NCBI GenBank assembly: GCA_020060385.1
Contig: JAGVAH010000048.1
Location: forward strand, 645-64,644
Reading direction: 5' to 3'
DNA from: Syntrophobacterales bacterium
GTDB taxonomy: Bacteria > Desulfobacterota > Desulfobaccia > Desulfobaccales > 0-14-0-80-60-11
Length of the DNA: 64,000 nucleotides
Both the position numbers and the translations under genes were made by a program. Shown here in pieces: positions 47,501 to 55,604 of the stretch. The stretch's first letter is position 1, and every line of letters begins with the position of its first letter. The notes under the pieces are model-generated. The model worked only from the letters and a program-made list of their open reading frames with translations. It was not told the origin of the DNA and did not search any database.

Positions 47501-47827
47501 ATCGAAAGGCCGGACAAAGCTCTGGTTGATCTCTTCGATCTCCCCCTTACTCTTGGCGTCCCGCAGGGGCAGGGGCAGGGAAACCCGTTCTTTGATCCTT
47601 TGCACGACCTCCTCCCCGGCAATCCCGAAGGAGGTCCTCAGGCCGGAGTGCCGCGCCACGAGAGCCGACAGGGCCTGCCGCAGCCGGCGCACATCCAGTT
47701 TCCCCTCCAGCCGCAGGGCAACCGGCACATTGTACTCGGTGCTTTCCGGGGATAAGCGGTTGAGTATGTACATGCGCTTCTGGTTAGCGGACGCCGGGAA
47801 GCACAGTAGTTTAGGGGGCGATGCCAT
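38522..47827 (-). CDS. Non-ribosomal peptide synthetase, three modules C-A-T / C-A-T / C-A*-T (third A domain degenerate, no TE)
   Basis: ATG at 47827 after AAGGAGG. C motifs HHIICDAVS, HHIVSDGIS, HHLVSDGTS. A3 motifs IYTSGSTGTPKGV and IYTSGTTGAPKGV, against the degenerate VSYVAKPTGAWKGV. T motifs LGGQSL, IGGDSL, LGLTSL. Confidence 0.95.
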   Translation of the reverse strand: MASPPKLLCFPASANQKRMYILNRLSPESTEYNVPVALRLEGKLDVRRLRQALSALVARHSGLRTSFGIAGEEVVQRIKERVSLPLPLRDAKSKGEIEEINQSFVRPFDLHRAPLLRTCLVRLEKAEHVLLLDLHHIICDAVSVDILLDELGRLYGGQSLPELQRQYQDFALWQRRFAKTAEARKQEDYWLQLLDGRHVLNLPTDYLRKRDQSQAGDRVFVRPGKELTAALRSLAVKNRTSMFMLLLSAYNILLSKYAGQEDIIVGTLVAGRRAEEFQGVVGLFVNTLLLRSQPQGELEFVEYLKQVRGECLNAFEHQDYQFEDLVDRINPPRDLGRNPLFDTMFGALSYDGGVSRHGGVDFSLYELDYQISKFELSLTQIEGPDQRFVLEFEYRTDLFRRQTIERLSGHYLNILEEIAADPRVKLSDINILTARERQRLVLPPVPNAASPNNVADLFRAQARKAPAAPALSSRGETLSYGELDRRSNALVQRLREQGVDRGDLVGLVAPPSFEMIIAILGVLKLGAAYLPLDPTTPGERFRKIAADARMAALLIAGDPGPFAWPGLAIMQLDKEAWSAVEELPALPAIDSQDLAYVIYTSGSTGTPKGVMVSHGALANYITWATKTYVGQEKISFALHSPLSVDLTVTSIFVPLVSGNRIVIYRLDDAVALIEDIIRDNQVELIKLTPTHLSLLGAVDGELDRNGSRLRKIIVGGEDLKTSLAAKIHASFGGRIEIFNEYGPTEATVGCMIHKYEPRTDTALSVPIGQAIDNTGIYLLDQYGHPVPEGVTGELCVAGVCLARGYLNNPLLTDERFVMNRIGPTPLRMYKTGDLARTLPDGNIEYLGRNDDQVKIRGFRIELGEIEASLLRFPQIKEALVTTRVDAAGDTCLCAYFVADGEIPATELRAGLAEYLPPYMIPAWFVPLRRFAIARGGKLDKKELPDPLALIVSSHTYTAPRSKTETVMARIWEQVLGVGRVGIDDNFFELGGQSLKAIFMTGRANRELKASISLRDVFAQPTIRKLAARVELTGEDSPVLIEPVGEREYYPVSSAQERLYILNQLAPADVQYNVPWAMEITGPFDAERWEQAFGALIARHEPLRTSFALVDERIVQKVHQCPDFAFEYISSTGEAAIQQEIERFVRPFDLSKAPLIRAAIVKSGESVHSLIVDMHHIVSDGISVEIILDELCSLYRRQTLEPPAIQYKDYAAWQRARSQSEAVLAQGAYWTELFAGELPVLNLATDYPRQAVQSFEGGLVTFQADTPTVEGLRAICRDCGATMHMILLAAYTVLLSKYAGQEDIIVGTPVVGRNEPSLERVVGMFVNTLAMRNQPRGELTFREFLRLVRSNALDAYANQEYQFEELVDKLMLDRNLSRNPLFDTVFASLDEGSEKFEIDGLTVKRLNFEWKISKFDLTLLAAEGEERLDFELEYCAKLFRKDTMERLSLHYRNILEQIVHHPDRKIADLDPLTEEERREILIGFNPSASGYPAQRSIHEIFEEQVDKNPDNVAVVYGNLSLSYLEINGRANQVARALVSKGVAREEVVGIIAGPSLEMIVGILAILKAGCAFLPIDPDCPEDRVRTMLKDSGAQIVLEAGGAKWRDASRLVLDLGDPGLYGGDDSNLAHAVYGRDLAYVIYTSGTTGAPKGVMIEHHSVNNLCAWHINTFGVTAADRATKYALFSFDASVWEIFPYLQAGAALHVIKEAMRLDLPRLNRYFEEKGITICFLPTQVCELFMELDNKSLRTLLTGGDRLRRLRPKSYQVVNNYGPTEDTVVATSCTVRIEEERIPIGKPVANTRVYLLGKANEVVPIGAPGELCIAGVGLARGYLNDALRTAEKFAADPFVPGERMYRTGDVAKWLPDGSLEFIGRTDNQVKIRGCRTELREIEGAILAHEAVQDAVVVPREDKENNKFLCAYIVWREAAQLAELRAHLARHLPDYMVPAFLLTVDAIPLNPRGKIDTTRLPNPEASLGVGQGYVAPRSDTEKRLAEIWRSVLDRKKIGIHDRFFEIGGDSLRATIMLAKANREFDASVPLGAVFDNQSLALLARCFENVTKHESMVLQAAESRVHYSVTPTQALLYALCSSRKGVEYNLPTAFELHGDLDVPRLENAFRQLIHRHETLRTSFRTVGGQPRQWVSPRVDFAISVLEGCGEDEIEEVARDFIRPFDLGVAPLLRAALVPLGPGRQVLLMDMHHLVSDGTSMGILFEEMAALYAGEELPEPGVTFKDFAEWIGEHLQSEPFREKEKYWLSVLEDPPPLPRLDTDFPRPQNFSSAGTRITFETEPWVQSALKTFCAEHEVTLFMALLAAYGVLLSKYSRQEDIIVAVPTAGRYIAEVQKVVGMFVSTHLVRSRPQSRLRFDQYLAQVRTAVRGALECQEYQLWGMMLGHMLRSGGQPLFNTVFVVQDQSFSALEMPGLTVREMDVGYPVAKFDLALGAVETDGKLEFEMEYNTDLFRRSTAKRLAANYLQVLKQVITEPGRELGQIEVLTKPEKERILCGFNGGVVERAGGENVVSAFEGQAEQSPDRVALVLDDKSMTYGELNRRANQLARYLRRQGIGAGDIVGVMVRPSFEMIMGLLAVLKTGAAYLPLSQGYPWPRIERLLAASGARLVLGHAAAEITPFTTPFVDLGDEKNYDPNGSNLEPLRDAGGLAYVSYVAKPTGAWKGVMIEHRSLFDRCRWHTERFAVSPDDRSAKYGDLTANATIFEVFPFLAAGASIGILTEGAGRDAKSLDQYLAQSRVTIAWLPAPLCHHLAPAENTALRVLITSGRNVSPARKGSYEFVKCFGHAENTEVTTCCPVNGDGAGGIIGKPITNSEVYILGHDGGLLPIGVTGELCVGGAGLARGYWDRGDETAPGFTMNPYAAGSRMYRTGVWARWLPDGRIELTGRPDEVSIDGHRVSLAEIEGRLRSHPGIEDAVVVFDDEVQHRERLVAFLVLGGGVPAVPQLFVEEVKLHLGRWLPGYMIPDNYIQVGMIPRAAGGPVQYEWLPMPERPADREEIAVPPAAIAKKVASMVEELLGVGPVGMEANLFDLGLTSLGAANLMVQINSAFGIAPSVCLVSMAPTISSISHYLSETLWGQFRPLTSVEMAPEVA

Positions 47828-50800
47828 CGCGGCCCTCCTTTTCCATGCCGTTGGCCACCACCATTGCCAACTCCGCCACTGTCGGCGAATCAAACACCGT
47901 CCTGAGTGTTACCTCCACGCCGAACTCAGCGCTCAACCGGGAGGCCAATAGGCTCGCCTTCAACGAATGTCCGCCCATCTCGAAGAAGTTGTCGAAGGGA
48001 CCGATGTTCGAGGTCCCCAGCAACTCCCCCCATATTTGGGCGACGCTTATCTCCAGGGGGCTTCGCAGCGGGGTGCCCTTATCCTCCGCCTCCGGACGCG
48101 GCCGCGGCGCCGGGAGCGCCCGCAGGTCGATCTTGCCGCTCTCCGTCAACGGCAGCCGCTCCACTTGGCAAAAGTGGGAAGGCAGCATGTAGGGGGGCAG
48201 CAAGCCGGTGAGATGCTGGCGCAGATCCGCAGCAGAGGCAGGCGGCTGCGCCACATAATACGCACAGAGGCGCCTGGTTCCATCCTCACCGGCCGCCGCC
48301 GTGACGACGGCTTCCTTCACCTGGGCGTGCTCGATCAGCCTGTTTTCGATCTCACCCAGCTCGATCCGGAAGCCCCTGATCTTGACCTGCCGATCGGCTC
48401 GCCCCACGAACTCGATGATCCCGTCGGCACGCTGTTTCACGAGATCTCCAGTCTTGTAGATTCTTTCTCCGGGAACGAAGGGGTTAGGGATGAAGCGCTC
48501 AGCGGTCAGCTGGGCCCGGTTCAGATAGCCCCGCGCCAGGCCGTCCCCACCCACGTACAACTCACCGATGGCGCCGGGGGGCGAAAACGACATCTCCCGG
48601 TCGAAGATATATGCCTGCGAGTTCGGCACCGGCCTGCCGATGGGGATCGTCCTGGGTTCCGGTTGCGTAATCGGGTGGTAGGTGGAAAAAACGGTGTTCT
48701 CTGTGGGCCCATAGGCATTGACCACGGTGAGTGAGGGATTTGCCCTCCAGACCCTCTCGACGTGATTTATCGAGAGCACGTCTCCCCCCGTGATCAAGGT
48801 CTTCAAGGGCCGAAACAGCGTCGCATCCGCATCTGCCAATTGATTAAGCAGGGGGGGGATCAAGAACATGATACTGATGCGGTTCTCCGCCAGGAATTGA
48901 CCGAGTGCCCTGGCATTCAGCAGGACATCATCGCCTGCAAAATAGAGCGTCAGTCCGTTGAGAAGCGAACCCCAGATCTCGAAGGTCGTGGCGTCGAAGG
49001 AGGGAGCGCTGGTCTGCAGTAACCGGTCACCCGCGCCCATTCCCAGATAGTTCAAATTCATGGCCAGGTTGACCACGCCCCGGTGCTCCACCATGACACC
49101 CTTGGGCGCGCCCGTCGATCCCGAAGTGTAGATAACGTATGCCAGGTTCGACGGTCTTGCCGCGGGGCGCGGATGGCACTCATCAGCCTCGTTGGCGCCG
49201 CAGTCCCTGAGTCGGACCACCGGACCCTCGAATTCCACCGCCTCCCGGAAAGCGTCCGGCAGGATCAACACCCGTGGCCCTGCGTCACGCAGTATCTCCT
49301 GAATTCGTTTCCCCGGGCTATTCTCGGCAATGGGCAGATATGCGCCTCCGGCTTTCAGGATGCCGAGGTATCCCAACACCGTCTCGAAGGAGCGCCCGCC
49401 GACGATGGCCACGATGCTCTCAGGCCCGACGCCGTGATCCCGGAGGACCATCGCCAGGCGATCTGCTTTTTGGTTGGCTTCCCCGTAGGTAAGCGCGGTG
49501 TCGCCGTCCACAATCCCCAGAGCATCGGGTCTTTGGCCCGCTTGTGCCTCGAACAACTCGTGCACGCATTTATTCCGGGCATAGGGAGTATGCGTCAGGT
49601 TCCAGCTCTCGAGGAGCTGCCGCTTCTCTTCTGCATCCACCAGCTCAAGTTTGTTCAAGCCCACGTCCCAGCCCGAACAGAGTTGGCTGAGGAGCGTGGT
49701 GTAGTATTTCGCCAGCCGCACCACCGTGCTCGTCTGGAAGAGGTCCGTATTGTGCTCGATGCGGATCTCCGCGCCCTTGGCGCCCCAATGCATGTCGAAG
49801 ATCAAGTCCACCTGGACGGCATTCGTTTGGGTGGCCACATCGATCCATTGTTCCCGTTCCACCCCCTTAAACCGATTCTCGTCATGCGTGTGCGGCACCA
49901 TGTTGAACATCGTCCGGACCAAGGGTACCCGGCTGTCACCCCGAGCCGGCGCCAGCTTCTGCACGAGCCTCTCAAAGGGATAATCCTGCATGTAATACGC
50001 GGCCTCTACCTGTTCCTGCACCAGGTCCACGAGCTGGCTGAAGGTGTATCCCCAGCGGACCCGGACCCGAATCGCCGTCATGTTCACGAAGTAACCGGTG
50101 AGGTCCTGCAGCTCCGGGCAGTAATGCCGCCCGGAGAAAAAAACGCCCACCGCAATGTCCTCTTGCTGACAATACTTCTGCAGCAGCACATAAAAGGCAG
50201 CGAGGAAACTGGAAAAGGGCAGGACACCTTTCTCCCAACTGAGCCTCTGTAATTTGTCGACCAGGTCCTGGGGGATATCGACAATCGTCAGCCCGCCTTT
50301 GAAAGAAATAGAGGGGGAAGGCGCGAAATCAGTGGGCAAATCGAGGGCCGGCATCTCCTCGTGGAATTGGGAGAGCCAATATTCCTCTTGTTCCCGGGTC
50401 TGCTCCTCAGAAAAATGACGGCGCTGCCAGATGGCGTAGTCCGCATACTGGATCGCTTTCGCCGGGAGCGAACCCCTTCCGCCTCGCGCCAGATCGTTAT
50501 AGAGAAGCGTGAGATCCCGCCACAGGAGATCCACCGACGCGGCATCAGAGATGATGTGATGCACGCGCAGCAACAGGACATGGTCTCCGGCGCCCAGCTT
50601 GAGCAATACCACTCCGAACAGCAAATCGTCATAAGTCCACTTCGAGATCGGTTTTTGACAGATCTGGGAAATCCCCGAGGAAAGTGCCCCCTCGACGTCA
50701 CCCTGCGCCTCCTTCGACATGTCGATATACCTAAACGCCTTGCCGGTATCTTGGTCGAAGGATTGCCCCGGGCCGTCGATACCCCGGGAAATCTTCGTTC

Positions 50801-51023
50801 GCAAAACCTGGTGGTGTTCCATCAGTTGCCCGGTCGCCCGCTGCAGCAGGGGCACATCAAGATCACCCGTGAGCCGCTTGCAGGTATTGATATCCCAGAT
50901 GGAACTGTCCGGATTGAGCTCACAGAAGTAGAGCACTCTTTCCTGCTGGAACGTCAGCGGGCAGGAGGCGATTACCCCGCCGGCCGGTATCGGCGGGTAT
51001 CTGCGAATGCCGGCCAGCTTCAA
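47811..51023 (-). CDS. Non-ribosomal peptide synthetase, one module C-A-T
   Basis: HHIISDAAS (C), IYTSGSTGAPKGV / NAYGPTE / YKTGDL / GRADRQVKIRGFRIELGEIE (A), MGGHSLKA (T). The TTG start overlaps the upstream stop (TTGA at 51020-51023). Confidence 0.95.
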   Translation of the reverse strand: MKLAGIRRYPPIPAGGVIASCPLTFQQERVLYFCELNPDSSIWDINTCKRLTGDLDVPLLQRATGQLMEHHQVLRTKISRGIDGPGQSFDQDTGKAFRYIDMSKEAQGDVEGALSSGISQICQKPISKWTYDDLLFGVVLLKLGAGDHVLLLRVHHIISDAASVDLLWRDLTLLYNDLARGGRGSLPAKAIQYADYAIWQRRHFSEEQTREQEEYWLSQFHEEMPALDLPTDFAPSPSISFKGGLTIVDIPQDLVDKLQRLSWEKGVLPFSSFLAAFYVLLQKYCQQEDIAVGVFFSGRHYCPELQDLTGYFVNMTAIRVRVRWGYTFSQLVDLVQEQVEAAYYMQDYPFERLVQKLAPARGDSRVPLVRTMFNMVPHTHDENRFKGVEREQWIDVATQTNAVQVDLIFDMHWGAKGAEIRIEHNTDLFQTSTVVRLAKYYTTLLSQLCSGWDVGLNKLELVDAEEKRQLLESWNLTHTPYARNKCVHELFEAQAGQRPDALGIVDGDTALTYGEANQKADRLAMVLRDHGVGPESIVAIVGGRSFETVLGYLGILKAGGAYLPIAENSPGKRIQEILRDAGPRVLILPDAFREAVEFEGPVVRLRDCGANEADECHPRPAARPSNLAYVIYTSGSTGAPKGVMVEHRGVVNLAMNLNYLGMGAGDRLLQTSAPSFDATTFEIWGSLLNGLTLYFAGDDVLLNARALGQFLAENRISIMFLIPPLLNQLADADATLFRPLKTLITGGDVLSINHVERVWRANPSLTVVNAYGPTENTVFSTYHPITQPEPRTIPIGRPVPNSQAYIFDREMSFSPPGAIGELYVGGDGLARGYLNRAQLTAERFIPNPFVPGERIYKTGDLVKQRADGIIEFVGRADRQVKIRGFRIELGEIENRLIEHAQVKEAVVTAAAGEDGTRRLCAYYVAQPPASAADLRQHLTGLLPPYMLPSHFCQVERLPLTESGKIDLRALPAPRPRPEAEDKGTPLRSPLEISVAQIWGELLGTSNIGPFDNFFEMGGHSLKASLLASRLSAEFGVEVTLRTVFDSPTVAELAMVVANGMEKEGRDGIAP

Positions 51024-54000
51024 GCCCTCGCCTCCTTCATCTGCGAAAGCGACCTCGAGGCTTCGACAAGCCTGGCGATTTCCGAAATCGTCGGCAGTTC
51101 AAGAAAGTCCAGGATTGCCAGGTTCGCGCCCAAGTTGCTGTTGAGCGCGGCGACGAAGCGGAGGGTCAAAAGGGAGTTTCCCCCCAACCGGAAGAAATTG
51201 CTGCTCGGATCGAGCCCGGCGGTATTCAGCAGTCCTTCCGCGATCCCGATAATCTCCTGCTCCAACGCCGTTGCCGGTTGCCGGCTCTCCGGCGAGGGGG
51301 GGACCACCCGTTGCGGTTCCGGCAGTCTCTGCAAATCGACCTTGCCGCTGGCAAGTCGCGGCAGCCCATCCACTTTCACGAAGAAATCCGGAATCATGTA
51401 GTTGGGCAGCCAGGCAGCCAGCTCCTGGCGCAGACCCTCCAGCGAACCATCCCCCTCGCCCTCCTTCAGGGAAACATAGGCAACGAGTCCTTTCTGGTCG
51501 AATTGTTCTGTGGTCGCCTTCACCACCGCCTCCGCCACCGCGCGGCAGGAGAGGAGCCGCCGCTCGATCTCCCCGATCTCCACTCGAAAACCTCGTATCT
51601 TCACCTGCCCGTCTCTGCGGCCAAAGAATTGGATCAGGCCGTCGTCGCCCCACCTGGCCAAGTCCCCCGTCCGGTAGATTCTCTCCCCTTCCCGGTACGG
51701 ATCCGGGCAAAACTTCTCCTTTGTCAGCTCAGGCCGGTTCAGGTACCCACGCGCCAGCCCCACCCCGGACAGGCATAGCTCCCCGGTCACGCCCACCGGA
51801 GCCAGCTTCAGATTCTCATCCAGAATGTACGCCATGGTGTTGGTGATGGGCGTGCCGATGGGAACCCGAGGGGATTCCTCCCCCCGGGGTAGAGAGTGCC
51901 ACGTCGCATAGATGGCGGCCTCGGTGGGGCCGTACAAGTTCTCGAGCTTCACCCCGGGGACCATACGGTGGAAGCGGTTGACCAGATCCCCTTTGAGGGC
52001 CTCACCGGCCACGAAGAGATAGCGCAGTTTCTCGAGGGTCGGAATATCGCCCTCCTCAAGCCCTGACAAGAAGGCGTCCAGCATCGAGGGGACGAAGTTG
52101 ATGTGGGTCACTTGGTATTTCTCTATGGCCTCCAGCAGCTGCCTGGGATCCTTTTCCGCGCCTTTGTCGAGCACTGCCAGCTTGCCGTCGCCGAAAACCC
52201 AACCGAATAGCTCCGTGGCGGAGACGTCGAAGGTGAAGTTTGTCTTGAACAGGAACGTGTTGCCGTTGATGGGGTATTGGGCCTCCAGGAACTCCAGGGT
52301 ATTCATTAACGCCCGGTGTTCCACCAAGACCCCCTTCGGCCTGCCAGTGGACCCGGAGGTGTAAAGGACATAGGCCGCGCTCCCAGGACCCCCCTTGCGG
52401 CCCGGATTGCTGCCATCGCCGCTGGCTGATGCCTCGCTGTCAACCGGAATCCAATTGAGAGAGCCAATGCTGGGCATCAGCTCAGGGGGGGCGTCGCGCG
52501 GCATCAGAATAATGCCGGCGCCGCTGTCTTCCAGGATGTATTCGACCCGGCGCCGGGGAAAGGCCGGATCGATGGGAAGATACGCCGCACCGGCCTTCAG
52601 AATGGCGAAGACCCCGACCACCATCTCCGGTGCACGGTCAAGCATGATCGCCACCGTGTCGCCCTCACCAACGCCGGCCTCCATCAGCCTGGCGGCCAGA
52701 TGGTTCACTCTCCGGTTGAATTCGCCATTGGTGATCACCCCGGCCCCATGCAGGATGGCCGCCTGCGCCGGCGCCCGGGCGGCCCGTTCCTCCAGTAACT
52801 CCACGATGCTGCGCGTGAAAGGGGCCGGCGCGGCTTCACATTTGCCCAGGGATAAGACCAGTTTCTCCTCCGCCGCGTCGAGCATCCCCAACCCCCGGGC
52901 GTTAGCGCTGGGAGAGTCCATGATCTTCTCCAAAAGCGTGAGGTAATGTCGCAACATGCGTTGAATAGTCGCCGGGGAGAAGATGTCCGTGTTGTACTCC
53001 AGACGCAGCTCCGGCTCCTCTGGATGCAGGTGGCAATCGAGGAAAAGATCCACCTGGGTGGCGGTGATGGTGGGTTCCACCCACTCCTCCCGGTTAATCC
53101 CCTGAAAGGTGCGGCTCTCCTGGCGCCCCGGAATCATGTTGAAGAGCGCGCGAAACAGTGGATTCCGCTGATGCTGGCGGTCGGGGGAGAGTCTGCTCAC
53201 GAGCCGTTCGAAGGGGTAATCCTGCATCTCGTAGGCATCGGCGACCTGCCCATGGACATACTTGAGGAACCCCTCCACCGTCTGCCCCGGGTCGAGGCGC
53301 GCCCGCAAAGCGACGGTGTTGGCGAAGAGGCCGGCGAGCAGCTTGATCTTGGCGCTGTAATGACGTCCCGAAAAGATGGTGCCAATAACGATGTCGTCTT
53401 GCCGGCAGTAATTGTGGAGTAAAAGATAGTAGGCGCTCAGCAGGGTGGCAAAGGGAATGACTCGCCTCTCAAAGCTGAATGACTGCAGGCGTTTGATCAG
53501 TGATTGGGGGAGCCGCCGCCTCTCCAGGGCGCCCCTGAAGGTCAACGTCGGGGAATCCGGAAAATCTGTGGGCAAATCGAGCTGCGGCAACTCGCCCGCA
53601 AATTGCTGGAGCCAATAGGACTCCTGCTCCCTGACCTGGTCCTCGCCAAATTGCTGGCGCAGCCACCTGGCATAGTCGAAATACTCGAACTCAAGTTCAG
53701 GAACCGTCCCGGCTCCCTCGAGCCGGGAATTGTACAAGACCTTCAGGTCGTTCCATAAGATCTCCAGGGTGGTGGCGTCGCAAATGATATGATGCAGCTT
53801 CAAGATGACCCAGACCTCGTTCTCCCTTAATCGAACCACCACAGTCTTAAAGAGTTCTCCTCCTTCCAGAGGCATCGGCTTTTCATATTCCCGGTTCAAG
53901 ACCGCTTTGGCTTGCGCCTCCAGGCCACTTTCCACCTGGGAGGAAAGGTCGAGGTACTGGAAAGCACCCTTTACCTTCAGGTGTTGCGACTGGAAGGGTA

Positions 54001-54244
54001 CGCCGTCGACGAGGCCAATCCGGGTTCTCAGGGCCGCATGCCTCTCGATCAGAGCCGCGACTGCTTGCTCAAGGAGATGGACGTCCAGATTCCCCAACAA
54101 CCGTTTGCAGGAAATACGGTTCCATAAGTTGCCCTCTGCTGACAGCTGGTTGAGATACAGCACTCTCTCCTGCTGGAAGGAAAGGGCCGAGCGGGTTTCG
54201 GGGTAATGCTCGATATCGGGATAACGCACTCTGCTCTTCTGCAT
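51020..54244 (-). CDS. Non-ribosomal peptide synthetase, one module C-A-T (first NRPS gene of the operon, possible starter C)
   Basis: The preferred start is ATG 54244, preceded by AGGAGAGAGG. The ORF is open up to TTG 54325. Motifs HHIICDATT (C), LYTSGSTGRPKGV / NLYGPTE / YRTGDL (A), LGGNSLL (T). Confidence 0.9.
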   Translation of the reverse strand: MQKSRVRYPDIEHYPETRSALSFQQERVLYLNQLSAEGNLWNRISCKRLLGNLDVHLLEQAVAALIERHAALRTRIGLVDGVPFQSQHLKVKGAFQYLDLSSQVESGLEAQAKAVLNREYEKPMPLEGGELFKTVVVRLRENEVWVILKLHHIICDATTLEILWNDLKVLYNSRLEGAGTVPELEFEYFDYARWLRQQFGEDQVREQESYWLQQFAGELPQLDLPTDFPDSPTLTFRGALERRRLPQSLIKRLQSFSFERRVIPFATLLSAYYLLLHNYCRQDDIVIGTIFSGRHYSAKIKLLAGLFANTVALRARLDPGQTVEGFLKYVHGQVADAYEMQDYPFERLVSRLSPDRQHQRNPLFRALFNMIPGRQESRTFQGINREEWVEPTITATQVDLFLDCHLHPEEPELRLEYNTDIFSPATIQRMLRHYLTLLEKIMDSPSANARGLGMLDAAEEKLVLSLGKCEAAPAPFTRSIVELLEERAARAPAQAAILHGAGVITNGEFNRRVNHLAARLMEAGVGEGDTVAIMLDRAPEMVVGVFAILKAGAAYLPIDPAFPRRRVEYILEDSGAGIILMPRDAPPELMPSIGSLNWIPVDSEASASGDGSNPGRKGGPGSAAYVLYTSGSTGRPKGVLVEHRALMNTLEFLEAQYPINGNTFLFKTNFTFDVSATELFGWVFGDGKLAVLDKGAEKDPRQLLEAIEKYQVTHINFVPSMLDAFLSGLEEGDIPTLEKLRYLFVAGEALKGDLVNRFHRMVPGVKLENLYGPTEAAIYATWHSLPRGEESPRVPIGTPITNTMAYILDENLKLAPVGVTGELCLSGVGLARGYLNRPELTKEKFCPDPYREGERIYRTGDLARWGDDGLIQFFGRRDGQVKIRGFRVEIGEIERRLLSCRAVAEAVVKATTEQFDQKGLVAYVSLKEGEGDGSLEGLRQELAAWLPNYMIPDFFVKVDGLPRLASGKVDLQRLPEPQRVVPPSPESRQPATALEQEIIGIAEGLLNTAGLDPSSNFFRLGGNSLLTLRFVAALNSNLGANLAILDFLELPTISEIARLVEASRSLSQMKEARA

Positions 54245-54413
54245 ATCCTCTCTCCTGACCGCCTGTCCGCCATGAGAATGCGTCATAAAAGTCCAAGGCA
54301 GACAACTTGGATGACGATCTGACAAACTGCTTAAGGTACCCTAGCGATTGGAGGAAAGTGGTCAAATCGCTGGCTTGCCGCCTGGTAGCCCAATGACCTC
54401 TTTCGACATGCTC

Positions 54414-55604
54414 TTAGATTCCGGAGCCTCGGGACGCCACCCGTGCCGCCGCTCCGGCAGGAGGAGCCGTCCGCCCCTTGATCAGCTCGTCGGCGATGAT
54501 CAGCCGTTGAATCTCCGATGTCCCGTCGCCGATCTCCGTCAGCTTCGCATCCCGGTAGAACCTCTCCAGGGGAAGATCCCGGGAATAACCATACGCCCCA
54601 TGGATCTGAATGGCGTCCCTGGTGACCGCGACCGCCATCTCCGAAGCAAAAAGTTTCGCCTCTGCAGCCTCTTTCAGGAAGCTCTTGCCCTGATCTCTCA
54701 ACCTCAGGCCCTTTCTCAGCAGCAAGTCTGCGGCGCTGATCCGCATTTCCATGTTGGCCAGCATGGCCTTCACCAGTTGAAAGCGATACAGTGGAGTCCC
54801 GAACTGCCTCCTTTGCACCACATAATCGAGGCACAGGTCGCGCGCTTCTTCGGAGATGCCGAGGGCAATGGCCGCCATATCCAACCGGGCAGCCGGCAGG
54901 GTGCGTTGCAAGACTTCGAAGCCCCTGTCCTGGCGGCCGATGAGGTTCTCCTTGGGCACTCGTACGTCCATGAAGACCAGTTCGCCGGTGTCGGAGGCCC
55001 GCATGCCGAGTTTCCGTTCCTTCCTGCCGGTCGCGGCAAAGCCGGGAGTTCCCTTCTCGACGACCAGGAGGCTCAGTCCCAGCAGTCCTGCCTGCGGTGA
55101 GGTCTTGGCCACGACCACGGCCAGGTCCGCCACGTTGGCATTGGTGATGAAAAGCTTCGAGCCATTGAGGAGATAATAGTCGCCCGCAGCCTCCGCGCGG
55201 GTCTGTATGGAGGCGATGTCCGAGCCGCTCCCCGCTTCGGTCATCGCGAAGGCGCCGATTTTTTCGCCACTGATCATCGGCTGTAGAAACTTGTCTTTGA
55301 GGTAGTCCGAACCCGCGGTGAATATGGGATCGCAGGTCAGGGTGGCATGCGATACCGCGGTCATGGCCGTGGCGGCGCAGACCTTCGCCACTTCCCGGAT
55401 GAGGGTCGCGTAGGCCGTGTAGTCCGTCTCCGCCCCGCCATACCGCTCCGGATATGGCGCCCCAAAGAGGCCGAACCTCCCCATTTCCCGGAAAGCCTGC
55501 AGCGGAAACTCCTCTCCCTCGTCCGCGTCGGCGGCGATCGGCGCAATCACCTTCCGGGCAAACTGACGCCCGCTGTCCTGAACGCTGCTGTCGTAATCAG
55601 TCAT
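54414..55604 (-). CDS. Acyl-CoA dehydrogenase family flavoprotein
   Basis: About 396 aa with family blocks GAFAMTEAGSGSD, YYLLNGSKLFITN and IHGAYGYSRDLPLERFYRDAKLTEIGDGTSEIQR. The start overlaps the AsnB-like stop (ATGA at 55601-55604). Confidence 0.85.
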   Translation of the reverse strand: MTDYDSSVQDSGRQFARKVIAPIAADADEGEEFPLQAFREMGRFGLFGAPYPERYGGAETDYTAYATLIREVAKVCAATAMTAVSHATLTCDPIFTAGSDYLKDKFLQPMISGEKIGAFAMTEAGSGSDIASIQTRAEAAGDYYLLNGSKLFITNANVADLAVVVAKTSPQAGLLGLSLLVVEKGTPGFAATGRKERKLGMRASDTGELVFMDVRVPKENLIGRQDRGFEVLQRTLPAARLDMAAIALGISEEARDLCLDYVVQRRQFGTPLYRFQLVKAMLANMEMRISAADLLLRKGLRLRDQGKSFLKEAAEAKLFASEMAVAVTRDAIQIHGAYGYSRDLPLERFYRDAKLTEIGDGTSEIQRLIIADELIKGRTAPPAGAAARVASRGSGI

